Below the pieces are notes generated by a model. The model did not search any database, had not been told where the DNA came from, and saw only the letters and a list, made by a program, of their open reading frames with translations. Of a stretch of DNA of 64,000 bases, positions 29,678 through 38,885 are shown one piece after another (the stretch's first letter is position 1; each line of letters opens with the position of its first letter). The DNA lies in contig CAWHIJ010000003.1 of assembly GCA_963829525.1 (NCBI GenBank), positions 2,587,211 to 2,651,210 of the forward strand, written 5' to 3'. Origin of the DNA: an uncultured Actinomycetota bacterium. Lineage in GTDB: Bacteria > Actinomycetota > Actinomycetes > JAHEKZ01. The translations under genes were made by a program, and so were the position numbers.

Positions 29678-30684
29678 GCGGGAACCGGGGCGCCGCCGAG
29701 CTCGACCATTCGTTCGACAGCGCGTCGGGCACGCACAGCGACGTCCGGGGCGATGGTGACCTCGTACACGTTCTCGCGCAGTGTTCGCAGCAACTTCTCC
29801 GGGGTAATCATCTTCATGTAGCGACACTCGGCCTTCGGATTCACCGCAAGGAAGTTAGCCAAGGGATTGGCCTTGCGCAGCTGGTGCAGCATCCCAGTCT
29901 CGGTCGCCACCAGCACGGTTTCCGAACCCAGCTGCTTGGCCTTGGTGAGCATGCCCCCGGTCGACAGGATGTGGGTGCGATCCGCCGGTACTACGCCCTC
30001 ACCGGCCAGGTAGAGCGCCGACGTTGCGCACCCGCACTCGGGGTGGATCAACAACTCAGCACCAGGATGCTCTTCGATGCCTCGCGCAAGGTTGTCGCCG
30101 CTGATCGCTGCATGGACGTGGCACTCACCCATCCAGATCCGCAGGTTGGTACGCCCTGTCTCGCGCTGCACGTGGGCACCGAGGAACTGATCAGGCAAGA
30201 ACAGAATCTCGCGATCGGCCGGGATCGAGTTGACGACGTCGACAGCATTCGACGACGTGCAGCAGATGTCAGTCTCAGCCTTCACCGCGGCCGACGTGTT
30301 GACGTATGACACGACAACGGCACCGGGGTGTTCGGCCTTCCACTCACGAAGCTGCTCGGCAGTGATGGTGTCGGCAAGTGAACAACCAGCATTGACATCG
30401 GGGATGAGCACAGTCCGGTCCGGCGCGAGCAGCTTGGCCGACTCTGCCATGAAGTGGACGCCACACAGCACGATCGTCGACGCGGTGCTCGCCGCAGCGA
30501 GGCGCGCCAACTGCAATGAGTCGCCCACATGGTGGGCAACCTCTTGGATCTCCGGCACCTGGTAGTTGTGGGCCAGGATGAGCGCGTCCCGCTCGGAGGC
30601 AAGGCGGCGCACCTCCTCGGCGTAAGCCGGGTCGACAGCTGGCGTGCCAGCCACGCCGCACCTCCGTCGCGTAGGGACCCCCAT
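29674..30684 (-). CDS. nadA: Quinolinate synthase
   Basis: NadA family with conserved cysteines and the HNYQ motif. Confidence 0.9.
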   Translation of the reverse strand: MGVPTRRRCGVAGTPAVDPAYAEEVRRLASERDALILAHNYQVPEIQEVAHHVGDSLQLARLAAASTASTIVLCGVHFMAESAKLLAPDRTVLIPDVNAGCSLADTITAEQLREWKAEHPGAVVVSYVNTSAAVKAETDICCTSSNAVDVVNSIPADREILFLPDQFLGAHVQRETGRTNLRIWMGECHVHAAISGDNLARGIEEHPGAELLIHPECGCATSALYLAGEGVVPADRTHILSTGGMLTKAKQLGSETVLVATETGMLHQLRKANPLANFLAVNPKAECRYMKMITPEKLLRTLRENVYEVTIAPDVAVRARRAVERMVELGGAPVPA

Positions 30685-30712
30685 GGGGCCCTGGTACCGT
30701 GAGACTGCCCGA

Positions 30713-30737
30713 GGTTATTGACTATTAGTCCATAACC
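30713..30737. promoter_or_regulatory. 25-bp near-perfect palindrome GGTTATtGACTA-T-TAGTCcATAACC; candidate NrtR operator
   Basis: Direct inspection: 12-bp arms with a single mismatch, centred in the 92-nt nadA/nrtR divergent intergenic region. Confidence 0.45.
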
Positions 30738-30776
30738 CGTACACCTCACGCTACCACGCCTCCCGGAGGTCCGGCA

Positions 30777-31523
30777 TTGTCGCCCAGCCCTCACCGCTCG
30801 GCCGCCAAGACCGCGCCAGCAGCAACGACAGCCCCGGCCGTCGACCACGAGGTCCTCGCCGTCGTTCTGCAGGTGGCCGACGCTGCTCTGCACGTCCTGC
30901 TCTGGCAGCACGATCGCGGACCGGCCGCCGGGTCGTGGGCCCTTCCTGGCGGCCCGCTGATGGTCGACGAGACCCTGGGTCAGTCCGTCGCCAGACAACT
31001 GGCCCAGAAGGTCGATGTCCGGCATCTGGCGCACCTGGAACAGCTGGAGACCCGCAGCGATCTCGATCGGGACCCACGCGATCGAGTATTGGCGACGGCC
31101 TACCTCGGGCTGGTGCCAGCCGACGAGCGGTCGATCCTGCCAGCCGATACCCGCTGGCACGAGGTCAACGCGCTCCCTGTCATGGCGTTCGACCACGCCT
31201 CGATCACCTCCAGTGGTGTACGCCGGCTTCGAGCCAAGCTCAGCTACACCAACCTTGGCTTCGCGCTGGCTCCTGCCGTCTTCACCGCCTCCGAGCTGCA
31301 GACGGTGTACCAGGCAGCGCTGGGACACGAGGTCTCAGCTACCAACCTCAAACGCATCCTTCTGCGTCGTGAGCAGATCGCGGCAACCGGAGAACGCACC
31401 TCACCCGGTCGCTCGGGGGGACGTCCGGCCGCCGAGTACCGATTCCGAACCCGTCACATCGAGGTGACAGACCAGTTCGCTGTGCTTCGTCCTCCCGAGC
31501 CACCGCGTACCCTCTCGGGGTAA
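30777..31523 (+). CDS. nrtR: NrtR-family regulator (degenerate Nudix domain plus C-terminal winged-helix), predicted NAD-biosynthesis repressor
   Basis: The Nudix box lacks the catalytic REx2EE glutamates. The C-terminal region matches the NrtR DNA-binding domain. Divergent from nadABC. Confidence 0.8.
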   Translation: MSPSPHRSAAKTAPAATTAPAVDHEVLAVVLQVADAALHVLLWQHDRGPAAGSWALPGGPLMVDETLGQSVARQLAQKVDVRHLAHLEQLETRSDLDRDPRDRVLATAYLGLVPADERSILPADTRWHEVNALPVMAFDHASITSSGVRRLRAKLSYTNLGFALAPAVFTASELQTVYQAALGHEVSATNLKRILLRREQIAATGERTSPGRSGGRPAAEYRFRTRHIEVTDQFAVLRPPEPPRTLSG

Positions 31524-32053
31524 TGACGACGCCAGCGGCCGGGGACGGCAACGCCAATCGAGGGCTTGCGCAGCGACTGCGGCGCGGGACGGGAGAGCTT
31601 TCGCGATTCGGTGTCGTCGGTATCGGCGCCTTCGTCATCGACGTCGGACTCTTCAACCTCCTGGTGCACGTCGGCGACCCTGGCCTCCTGGCCGATAAGC
31701 CACTGACCGCGAAAACGATCGCGGCGGTGGTCGCGACGGTCTTCGCGTACCAGGTCAACCGAGAGTGGACGTGGAAGGACAGAGGCCGCCGAGGTTTCTG
31801 GCGCGAGTACTCGCTCTATTTCCTGTTCAATGCGATCGGGCTCGTCATCACCTTGCTGCCGCTCGCTGTGTCGCGCTACCTCCTCAATCTCGACTCAGCC
31901 ATCTCGGACAACATCTCCGCCAACGTGATCGGCGTCGGCCTCGGGACGCTCTTCCGCTTCTGGTCGTACCGCCGCTGGGTCTTCCCTGCCATTGAGGAAG
32001 AACCGAAAGTGCGCGGGCCGACGGCTCACCAAGGCGAGCCTGCCACCGACTGA
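31523..32053 (+). CDS. GtrA-family membrane protein (polysaccharide-synthesis/flippase-associated)
   Basis: GtrA signature with four TM segments and RFWSYRRWVF at the C-terminus. Confidence 0.75.
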   Translation: MTTPAAGDGNANRGLAQRLRRGTGELSRFGVVGIGAFVIDVGLFNLLVHVGDPGLLADKPLTAKTIAAVVATVFAYQVNREWTWKDRGRRGFWREYSLYFLFNAIGLVITLLPLAVSRYLLNLDSAISDNISANVIGVGLGTLFRFWSYRRWVFPAIEEEPKVRGPTAHQGEPATD

Positions 32054-33206
32054 GACTGCCGCGTCCTGCGCAGCGGCCAGCCCAAGCCCGGTGCCTCCGG
32101 CACCGCTGACGTCTCGCTCGAACACATCGGCGGCGATCGCGTCCGGGACACCGGGGCCCTCGTCGAAGACCTCGATCCACGTCGTGCCATTGGGCCGGTG
32201 CGCCTCAACCGTCGTCACCCCACTGCCGTGGAGAAGGCTGTTCTCGATCAACGCAGCCATCACCTGGCCGACCGGACCTGGATCGACTGTCGGTGGGTGT
32301 CGGCAGGTCGATCCGCGCCTCTAGGCTGCGCGCCGCAGCCTCGAAAGCCGGTTTCCACTCCTGCATCTGCTGATCGAGTACCTGGCGGAGCGGTTCCTTG
32401 GGTCGCTTTGACTCTGGCGATCTTCTGTCGAGCAACAACTCGTCGACCACTCCGGCGAGCCGCTCCACCTGGTCGAGGGCTGCCTGTGCCTCCACCCTGA
32501 CATCGACATCGTCGGGCCATGCAGCGAGCTCTTCCAGGCGCAACGACAGCGCGGTCAGAGGCGTCTTGAGCTGGTGCGAGGCATCGATTGTCATCCTTCG
32601 CTCCTCGGCAAGCAGCGCTGCGATCCGCAGGACTGATGCATCCATCGAGTCAGCCAGTCGGTCGAGCTCGGTGATGCCGTAGTGCTCGTTGGAAGGCCGC
32701 AGGTCGCCGGAGCTGAGCCGCTCAGCGTGAGCGGCTAGTCCTTCGATCGGAATGGTGAGCCGACGCGAGGTGCGAAGAGCGAGGACCGTCGCTATCAATG
32801 CCAGTACCAGCCCTATCCCGACTATGACGACGCTGGCGTTCAAGTGGTTGCGTGAAAGCGTTCCGGTCGTGTCGATGAGTCGCAGTGTGCCTACCCCGCC
32901 GATGACTTCCTCAGCCACAGGGCCGCTTGTCGAGTTGCTTCCGACCACCAGCTCGGCGCCATCTGTTGTCGTGAACTCGATCCGGTGCCCTGCAGGCAGG
33001 ATGCCCTCCAGCACCTCAGTCGTCACCGCACCGCCAGCATGGAACTGAGTGTGGATCTTCAGCGCCAAATCATCGGCCTGGGCCTCGACCTGTTGCTGGG
33101 AGTTCGCGGCAGTTCCGACCCAGTCACCCCAGAACATCGCTGTCGTCATCAGCACGATCATTGCCAGGCTGACGCCCAGCGTCGTCTGCAGGATCTTTCG
33201 GCGCAC
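31892..33206 (-). CDS. Sensor histidine kinase with an apparent single-base frameshift near 32290
   Basis: HAMP plus H-box SHQLKTPLTAL in frame 32205..33206. The N/G boxes (VMAALIENSLLHG, GGTGLGLAAA) lie in frame 31895..32263. Cognate regulator gene directly upstream. Confidence 0.7.
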
Positions 33207-33208
33207 CG

Positions 33209-33877
33209 TCAGTCCTCCTCGAAGCGGAAACCGACACCGCGGATGGTGGCGATGTACCGGGCTGAAGAAACGCCATCGCCGAGCGCCCGCCGAAGCCAGG
33301 ACACGTGCATGTCAACAGTCTTCGTGGAGCCGACCCAAGATGTCTGCCACACCTGCCGCATCAGCTCGTCGCGGCTCACAACATCACCCTTGCGGCGCAT
33401 CAGGAATACCAGCAGGTCGAACTGGCGCTGCGAGAGCTCGACTTCCCGTTCTCCTTGCCACACCTGTCTGGCCCCGAGGTCAACGGTCAGATCCTGCCCG
33501 CGGAGCGTCTCAGACTCCCCCTGCCCTCGACGAAGGAGCGCGCGGATCCGAGCCATCAGCTCAGCGGTGCGGAAGGGTTTGGCCACATAGTCGTCGGCAC
33601 CGGCGTCCAGGCCGACAACGGCATCGATCTCCGACGCCCGCGCGGTCAGCACCAAGACCGGCACGGGAGAGCCCTCCGCCCTCAGGGTCCGACAGACCTC
33701 AAGGCCGTCCATGCCCGGCAATCCGAGGTCCAGCACGACAAGGTCACTCCCCCTTGCACCGCGAAGGGCGGCCACGCCATCTGCGGCGATCTGAACCTCG
33801 TAGCCCTGCCGCCTCAGTGCGCGAGAAAGTGGCACGCTGATCGCGACATCATCTTCTGCCAGCAGGACGACGGTCAC
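33209..33877 (-). CDS. OmpR-family two-component response regulator
   Basis: REC domain plus a Trans_reg_C winged-helix domain (TVDMHVSWLRRAL...RGVGFRF). Confidence 0.85.
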   Translation of the reverse strand: MTVVLLAEDDVAISVPLSRALRRQGYEVQIAADGVAALRGARGSDLVVLDLGLPGMDGLEVCRTLRAEGSPVPVLVLTARASEIDAVVGLDAGADDYVAKPFRTAELMARIRALLRRGQGESETLRGQDLTVDLGARQVWQGEREVELSQRQFDLLVFLMRRKGDVVSRDELMRQVWQTSWVGSTKTVDMHVSWLRRALGDGVSSARYIATIRGVGFRFEED

Positions 33878-33917
33878 CAGGTGATCGTAGGTGTTGAGGC
33901 TTCGTTCGCTGCGCCCA

Positions 33918-34424
33918 TTAGTCGCCTTCCTGGCGCCGCCGCAGGTCGTCCTCCTCGTGCAGCCGGAAGATCTCGCGCTGAATCAGCTCGACGTCGGGAA
34001 CCGCAGCGATGAGCAGGCGGCCCGTCTCACCGGCGGACTCGACGATGAGATCGCCGCACCCGAGCATTCGGTCGATGACGCCGTAGCTGAAATGAACGTC
34101 GTTGACGCGTGCGAGCGGCATGTCCCGCCCTTGCCGCGCGACAATCCCCGAACGGATGATGACTCGCCGATTGGTGATCACGTACTGCGATGTCGCCCAT
34201 TGGATGACCGGCTTGATGACCCAAACCACCAACGCCACAAGGGCAGCACCCAGCAGAACCCACCAGGCCCAGTCCCATCCGCTCGGGACGTTTGCTGCAA
34301 GAAAGGAGGTGGCGAAGACAAGGAGGACCAGCGCCACAGCGGGAAAGAAGAGGATGCGCCAGTGGGGACGCATGTCGTAGACCACGGTCTCGCCTGCGGT
34401 CAACAACTTCGCGGGGTATGCCAT
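33918..34424 (-). CDS. Membrane protein with a bacterial PH (bPH_2/YdbS-like) domain
   Basis: Two TM helices followed by a PH-like domain (RRVIIRSGIVARQGRDMPLARV). Start placed at MAYPAKLL. Confidence 0.6.
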   Translation of the reverse strand: MAYPAKLLTAGETVVYDMRPHWRILFFPAVALVLLVFATSFLAANVPSGWDWAWWVLLGAALVALVVWVIKPVIQWATSQYVITNRRVIIRSGIVARQGRDMPLARVNDVHFSYGVIDRMLGCGDLIVESAGETGRLLIAAVPDVELIQREIFRLHEEDDLRRRQEGD

Positions 34425-34487
34425 AGATGCATGGTGACAGAGCCCGTCAGGTGGCGCAGCATGCTCGGGCAACAACGACCCCAGGGA

Positions 34488-35306
34488 TCAGTTTGCCTCG
34501 TGGCGGAGGTGGACCACGTCTGCGGCAGCAACAACGTGCTCGCGCCCTTGCGCCTGAACCACGAGACCACCGCCGGCGTCAATCCGCGTTGCCCTTCCCT
34601 CCAGCTGGCCTCCGTCAGGCAGATGCAGGCGTACATCTTGACCGAGTGTGCTCGAGTAGCGCGTGTAGGCCGTGACAAGTCGGCCGTCGTCAGCGGCCCA
34701 CCGGAGGTACCACGACTCCCACGCCGCTAGCACGCCCACGAGCAGGGCAGGTCGGTCGACCCTGCCACCTTCCATCCGCACCGACGTGGCGGTGTCAGCC
34801 GGCATCTCATCGGCCACCTGATCGACGTTGATCCCCCAACCAGCAACGATCGCGCTGCCACCCGGAGCAGGGACAACCTCGCAGAGCACGCCCGCGATCT
34901 TGCGGTGGCCCGCCAACACGTCGTTCGGCCATTTGACCGTCGCCGATACCCCGAGCTGTCCCAGTGCGTCGACGACTGCCAGCGCAGTGAGCAGCGGAAC
35001 CCATCCCCAACGTGCGGGCTCGACGGATGGCCGGACGAGAACGCTCACCATGACCGATGTGTACTGCGGCGCCGACCAACTGCGTTCGTGCCGACCGCGC
35101 CCCGCTGTCTGCTCCTCAGCAACGAGAACGGTGCCGCTGGCTCCCCCAGCGCTGGCCAGCTGAACGAGCGTCACATTGCTCGACTCGACCGAGTCGGCCA
35201 CCTCCAATGACGTCCAGAGGCCCCCAGGGGTGACCACCTGCCCCGACAGAGCCTGGGCATTCAGTGGCGTACGCGGGGCGGAGGAATGAGACGTCGAGTC
35301 GGACAT
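34488..35306 (-). CDS. birA: Biotin--[acetyl-CoA-carboxylase] ligase, group I (no DNA-binding domain)
   Basis: BPL catalytic motif GRGRHERSWSAP. Conserved position next to accD5, as in mycobacteria. Confidence 0.85.
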   Translation of the reverse strand: MSDSTSHSSAPRTPLNAQALSGQVVTPGGLWTSLEVADSVESSNVTLVQLASAGGASGTVLVAEEQTAGRGRHERSWSAPQYTSVMVSVLVRPSVEPARWGWVPLLTALAVVDALGQLGVSATVKWPNDVLAGHRKIAGVLCEVVPAPGGSAIVAGWGINVDQVADEMPADTATSVRMEGGRVDRPALLVGVLAAWESWYLRWAADDGRLVTAYTRYSSTLGQDVRLHLPDGGQLEGRATRIDAGGGLVVQAQGREHVVAAADVVHLRHEAN

Positions 35307-35352
35307 CGGTCCACCGTACTGAGGTCAGATCAGCCACGAAGGTGTGAGAACC

Positions 35353-37005
35353 TCAGCGCACCGAACCAGCCTCCAACGCAGCCAGCGCCATGAGGGCTCG
35401 AAGCGACAGCTCGTAGTCCGCCATCGGTGCACTCATCGCGTCCCCGATGATCTCCAGCAACCAGCCCTCACCGTCAGGGTCGGTGATGCCGGCCATCAAC
35501 AGCGTTGTGGCTCCAATGCCATCCAGCATCGCCAGCTCTGCAGGATCGGTATCGGGATCGCCAGCATGGAGTGCAACCACACGACCGTCGAGCGCAAAGG
35601 CGGTCTGCGGGTAGTCGGTAAGCCTGTACTCGTTGCCCACATCAGAGGTGAGTTCCTCGCCAGGTCGTGATGGGTCACGGTGGATGGCGTGCCGGACGGT
35701 GCGGACAACACCCCTCTCCAGGTCAGCCCGCGAGATCCACCATCCCAACGGATGACACTGCTCAGCCACCTCCTCGGCCACAAGGATCAACCGATCCTCG
35801 ACCCCTCGGTCGCGAGCATCATCCAGCGCGGACATGCCGCCACGAAGCAACCGCGCGGTATCGGAGAGGTCGCGACCGCGGAACATCCGGCGGTCAGCTG
35901 CGGCAATGGGAGCCTGGCCAGCCTGATGGGCTGCGACCCCGGCCGGCAACCCTCGCCCTGCGACGATCGGGACCGTCGCTCGACTTCGCTTGGCCCGGTA
36001 CTGCGCCGCATCAGCAAGACGAAAGAGACGGCCCGCGGTACCGACTTCGCCGACGTCGTCATCAGTCGATGCGACACCACACGACACACCCTCAAGGGGA
36101 GAACGCAGCACCAGACGGCAAAGCTCGTGGGCCGCCTCCACAACTAGGTCAGCTGAGACATCGGAGACCACGATGCAGAACTCGTCGCCGCCGAGCCTCG
36201 CAGCCACTGCCCCCGGCAAAGACGAAGCTGCCGAGCCGAGCATCCCCGCGAAGCGAATGAGGGCCCGATCTCCTGCATCGTGGCCCTGCTCGTCGTTGAT
36301 CCGCTTCAGACCATTGAGGTCACACACGATCAGGCTCACCGACGCCTGATCCGACCGGTGCCGGCTCATCGCGATGTCCAGGTTCTCGTCGACGGCACGG
36401 CGGTTGCCGATTCCGGTAAGCGGATCTGTGTGCGCCATCCGGTCGACGTTGTCGAGATGGTCGGCGGTCGCCAGAGCGGCACCGATCTGCGCTGCCACGA
36501 CTAGGGCGAGGTCAATGTCGGCCTCATCGAAACACGGTTGGTCTGCGGTGCGAGACAGGAAGAGCTCGCCCCAGATCCGACCGTCCATCGGAATGGGAGC
36601 GCCAACGCTGCAGTGTTTGTCGAGGTCGCGCAGAAGTTGGACGTCGGCGTCGTCTGGGTCACCGTCATCGAGGTTCGTTGCCCACCCGGTCAGCTGGTCA
36701 GCGAGCACCTGGAGGTGCACGTAGGTATCAGCGGAGTAGATCTCGTCGACTGGATCGGATACCTCTCTAGGCCCAAGTAGTCCGTCGTTGAGGAGGACGC
36801 GCACCTGACCAAGCTCGGCGTCCCAGCGCGAGATCGAGACCGATGCCGCACCCAGGGCCTCGCGCGCGGAACCGGCAGCTTGTCTGAGAAGGTCAGCCTC
36901 ACTCCCCGCCCACGCAGCCCTGGCGATCTCGGCGAGCGCACCAAGACGCGTCGCGACATTCTCGCGACGCGCGGTCTCAAGGCGTGGCTCATGGCCGACC
37001 GTCAT
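35353..37005 (-). CDS. GAF-GGDEF-(conserved C-terminal domain) diguanylate cyclase, paralogue 1
   Basis: N-terminal GAF domain. GGDEF domain with an intact RLGGDEF A-site and no RxxD I-site. C-terminal ~200-aa conserved domain. Start placed at MTVGHEP, with a GGAAGGAGGGG ribosome-binding site 6 nt upstream. Confidence 0.85.
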   Translation of the reverse strand: MTVGHEPRLETARRENVATRLGALAEIARAAWAGSEADLLRQAAGSAREALGAASVSISRWDAELGQVRVLLNDGLLGPREVSDPVDEIYSADTYVHLQVLADQLTGWATNLDDGDPDDADVQLLRDLDKHCSVGAPIPMDGRIWGELFLSRTADQPCFDEADIDLALVVAAQIGAALATADHLDNVDRMAHTDPLTGIGNRRAVDENLDIAMSRHRSDQASVSLIVCDLNGLKRINDEQGHDAGDRALIRFAGMLGSAASSLPGAVAARLGGDEFCIVVSDVSADLVVEAAHELCRLVLRSPLEGVSCGVASTDDDVGEVGTAGRLFRLADAAQYRAKRSRATVPIVAGRGLPAGVAAHQAGQAPIAAADRRMFRGRDLSDTARLLRGGMSALDDARDRGVEDRLILVAEEVAEQCHPLGWWISRADLERGVVRTVRHAIHRDPSRPGEELTSDVGNEYRLTDYPQTAFALDGRVVALHAGDPDTDPAELAMLDGIGATTLLMAGITDPDGEGWLLEIIGDAMSAPMADYELSLRALMALAALEAGSVR

Positions 37006-37142
37006 CAAACCCCTCCTTCCCAGTTCTATCGGCCCCCTTGGCAGCCACCCTTGAGAAGGAATCAGGACCGAGTTGATCATTTCGAGGTCCCGCCGGAACA
37101 GCGGGAAGGGCAATCTGTCCGCGAGCCCTGGCGCGAGGTGGG

Positions 37143-38849
37143 CTAGGGACGGCTCAGCGCGGCAGCGACGAGCACGCGCAGCAGCGTGACCAGGTCACGC
37201 TCTGGACCACTCAAGGTGTCTGTGTAGACCTCGACGAGCCAACGGTCGCCTCTGTCGTCCTGCCCGCCAGCCCCCACCACAGCGACAGCCACGAGATCAT
37301 CGAGGATCGCCAGCTCAGCAGCGTCCGCCCCCGGATCGTCGGCGCGCACCGTGAATGCACCGCCACGGAGTGCCTGCTGGGTCGAGGGGTATTCAGAGAT
37401 CAGGAAGCGCGAGCCAACCTCGTCGGCAAGTTCTTCTTGAGTGAGGCCTGGAAGCGCACGGTATATGGCGTACTCCACCGTGACGACTTCGTGCTCACCG
37501 GCCAGCATGTGCGAGAGCCACCAACCGACGGCGTCCAGGTGATGACTCACCAGGTCGGCGACCAGTCCGAGCCGCACTCGGGCCGGTTGTTCGGCCGCGT
37601 CGTCCAAGGCCCGCAGTGCGGCATCCAGAAGCTGGAGCGGCTCAGGGTGCTGAGCTCCCCGGCGTAGACGTCGTTCCTGAGACGAGACGGAGGCCTCAGC
37701 CGCCAAGGACGTTGAAGCCTCGACGGGAAGCGGCCTTCCGGCGACGACCGGGCGACGTGACCCAGTGCGTTTGGCCCGGTACTGGGCGGCGTCCGCCAGC
37801 CGGAATAGTCGTTTGTCATGGTCGACCGTCCCAGCTGCGTCGCCGGTGCTCGCCACCCCCACCGCCGCGCCGTGAGGCAACTCACGCCAGACCCGGGAGC
37901 ACACTTCCTCGGCGAAGACGACCAGCTCGTCCGGTGCGCGGCCAGCCACGACAACTGCGAACTCATCGCCGCCGAGCCGAGCCACGACAGCTTCGGGGAG
38001 CAGCTGGAGCGCAACTTCGAAGAGTATCGAGGCCATGTCCCGCAGCACTCGATCGCCGGCCTCGTGGCCGTGATGGTCGTTGACGTCTTTCAAGCCGTTG
38101 ATGTCGCACACGATGAGCCCGACTGCGGTGCCTTGTGAACGGTAGCCCTGCATCGCAGCCTGGAACCACTCATCGATCGCCAGGCGGTTTGCCAGGCCGG
38201 TCAGCGTGTCGGTATGCGCGAGCGTCTCAGCCCTGCCTAAGTGCTCAGAGGTCGCGATCGCCGCACCCACCTGCGCGGCAACAGCTACCGCGAAGTCAAC
38301 GTCATCGGGCCCGTACGGAGGCTGGTCGACCGAGCGCGTCACGAAGAGTTCGCCCCACACGCGTCCGTCGAGCGGAATCGGCGCGACGACGGCGCTGCCT
38401 TTGCCGAGCCGACGCACGAGATCGCCATATGACCCGGTCTCCTCGCTGCCGGCGGTGAAGGCCTGCTGCTGTTCCAGCAACGGGATGACGGGGGCGTAGT
38501 CCGACACGACGTAGAACTCACCTTCGGGGTCGAGCACCTCTCCTGGCCCAAGGTCGCCGTCGTTGAGGACACAGCGCAGCCGGGTGTGCTCGGGCTCCCA
38601 GATGCTCAACGAGACCGAAACCCCGTCCAGCGCGGCCATGGCGGCCAGCGAGATCCGGCGAAGGAGATCCTCACCTGCGGTGGTGGTCGCCACCCTTGCG
38701 ACATCAGCGAGGCCCCTGAAGCGTGTGCCGACGACCGACGGCGCGGGTGGCGCGTCAGATCCCCGAATCACACTGGTCTCGATGGTGTTCCCTCCTCCAC
38801 ACACATCGGGGGACGAGAGACCGACCTTGAGCGTCCCGATACCGATCAA
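37143..38849 (-). CDS. GAF-GGDEF-(conserved C-terminal domain) diguanylate cyclase, paralogue 2
   Basis: Same architecture and motifs (ARLGGDEFAVVV, RLADAAQYRAKR). Start uncertain (TTG at 38849, or GTG near 38771). Confidence 0.85.
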   Translation of the reverse strand: MIGIGTLKVGLSSPDVCGGGNTIETSVIRGSDAPPAPSVVGTRFRGLADVARVATTTAGEDLLRRISLAAMAALDGVSVSLSIWEPEHTRLRCVLNDGDLGPGEVLDPEGEFYVVSDYAPVIPLLEQQQAFTAGSEETGSYGDLVRRLGKGSAVVAPIPLDGRVWGELFVTRSVDQPPYGPDDVDFAVAVAAQVGAAIATSEHLGRAETLAHTDTLTGLANRLAIDEWFQAAMQGYRSQGTAVGLIVCDINGLKDVNDHHGHEAGDRVLRDMASILFEVALQLLPEAVVARLGGDEFAVVVAGRAPDELVVFAEEVCSRVWRELPHGAAVGVASTGDAAGTVDHDKRLFRLADAAQYRAKRTGSRRPVVAGRPLPVEASTSLAAEASVSSQERRLRRGAQHPEPLQLLDAALRALDDAAEQPARVRLGLVADLVSHHLDAVGWWLSHMLAGEHEVVTVEYAIYRALPGLTQEELADEVGSRFLISEYPSTQQALRGGAFTVRADDPGADAAELAILDDLVAVAVVGAGGQDDRGDRWLVEVYTDTLSGPERDLVTLLRVLVAAALSRP

Positions 38850-38885
38850 CGATGGGTCATGACCGACGAGTCACGGGACGGCGAG

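Noticed and set aside
30680-30700. gggaccccCATGGggccc quasi-palindrome at the nadA start codon
   Set aside because: Imperfect on closer reading. It is probably a by-product of the GC-rich start context rather than a second operator.
35667-36260. 197-aa and 155-aa plus-strand ORFs inside diguanylate cyclase paralogue 1
   Set aside because: Antisense to a well-supported GGDEF gene, with Arg/Pro-rich composition.
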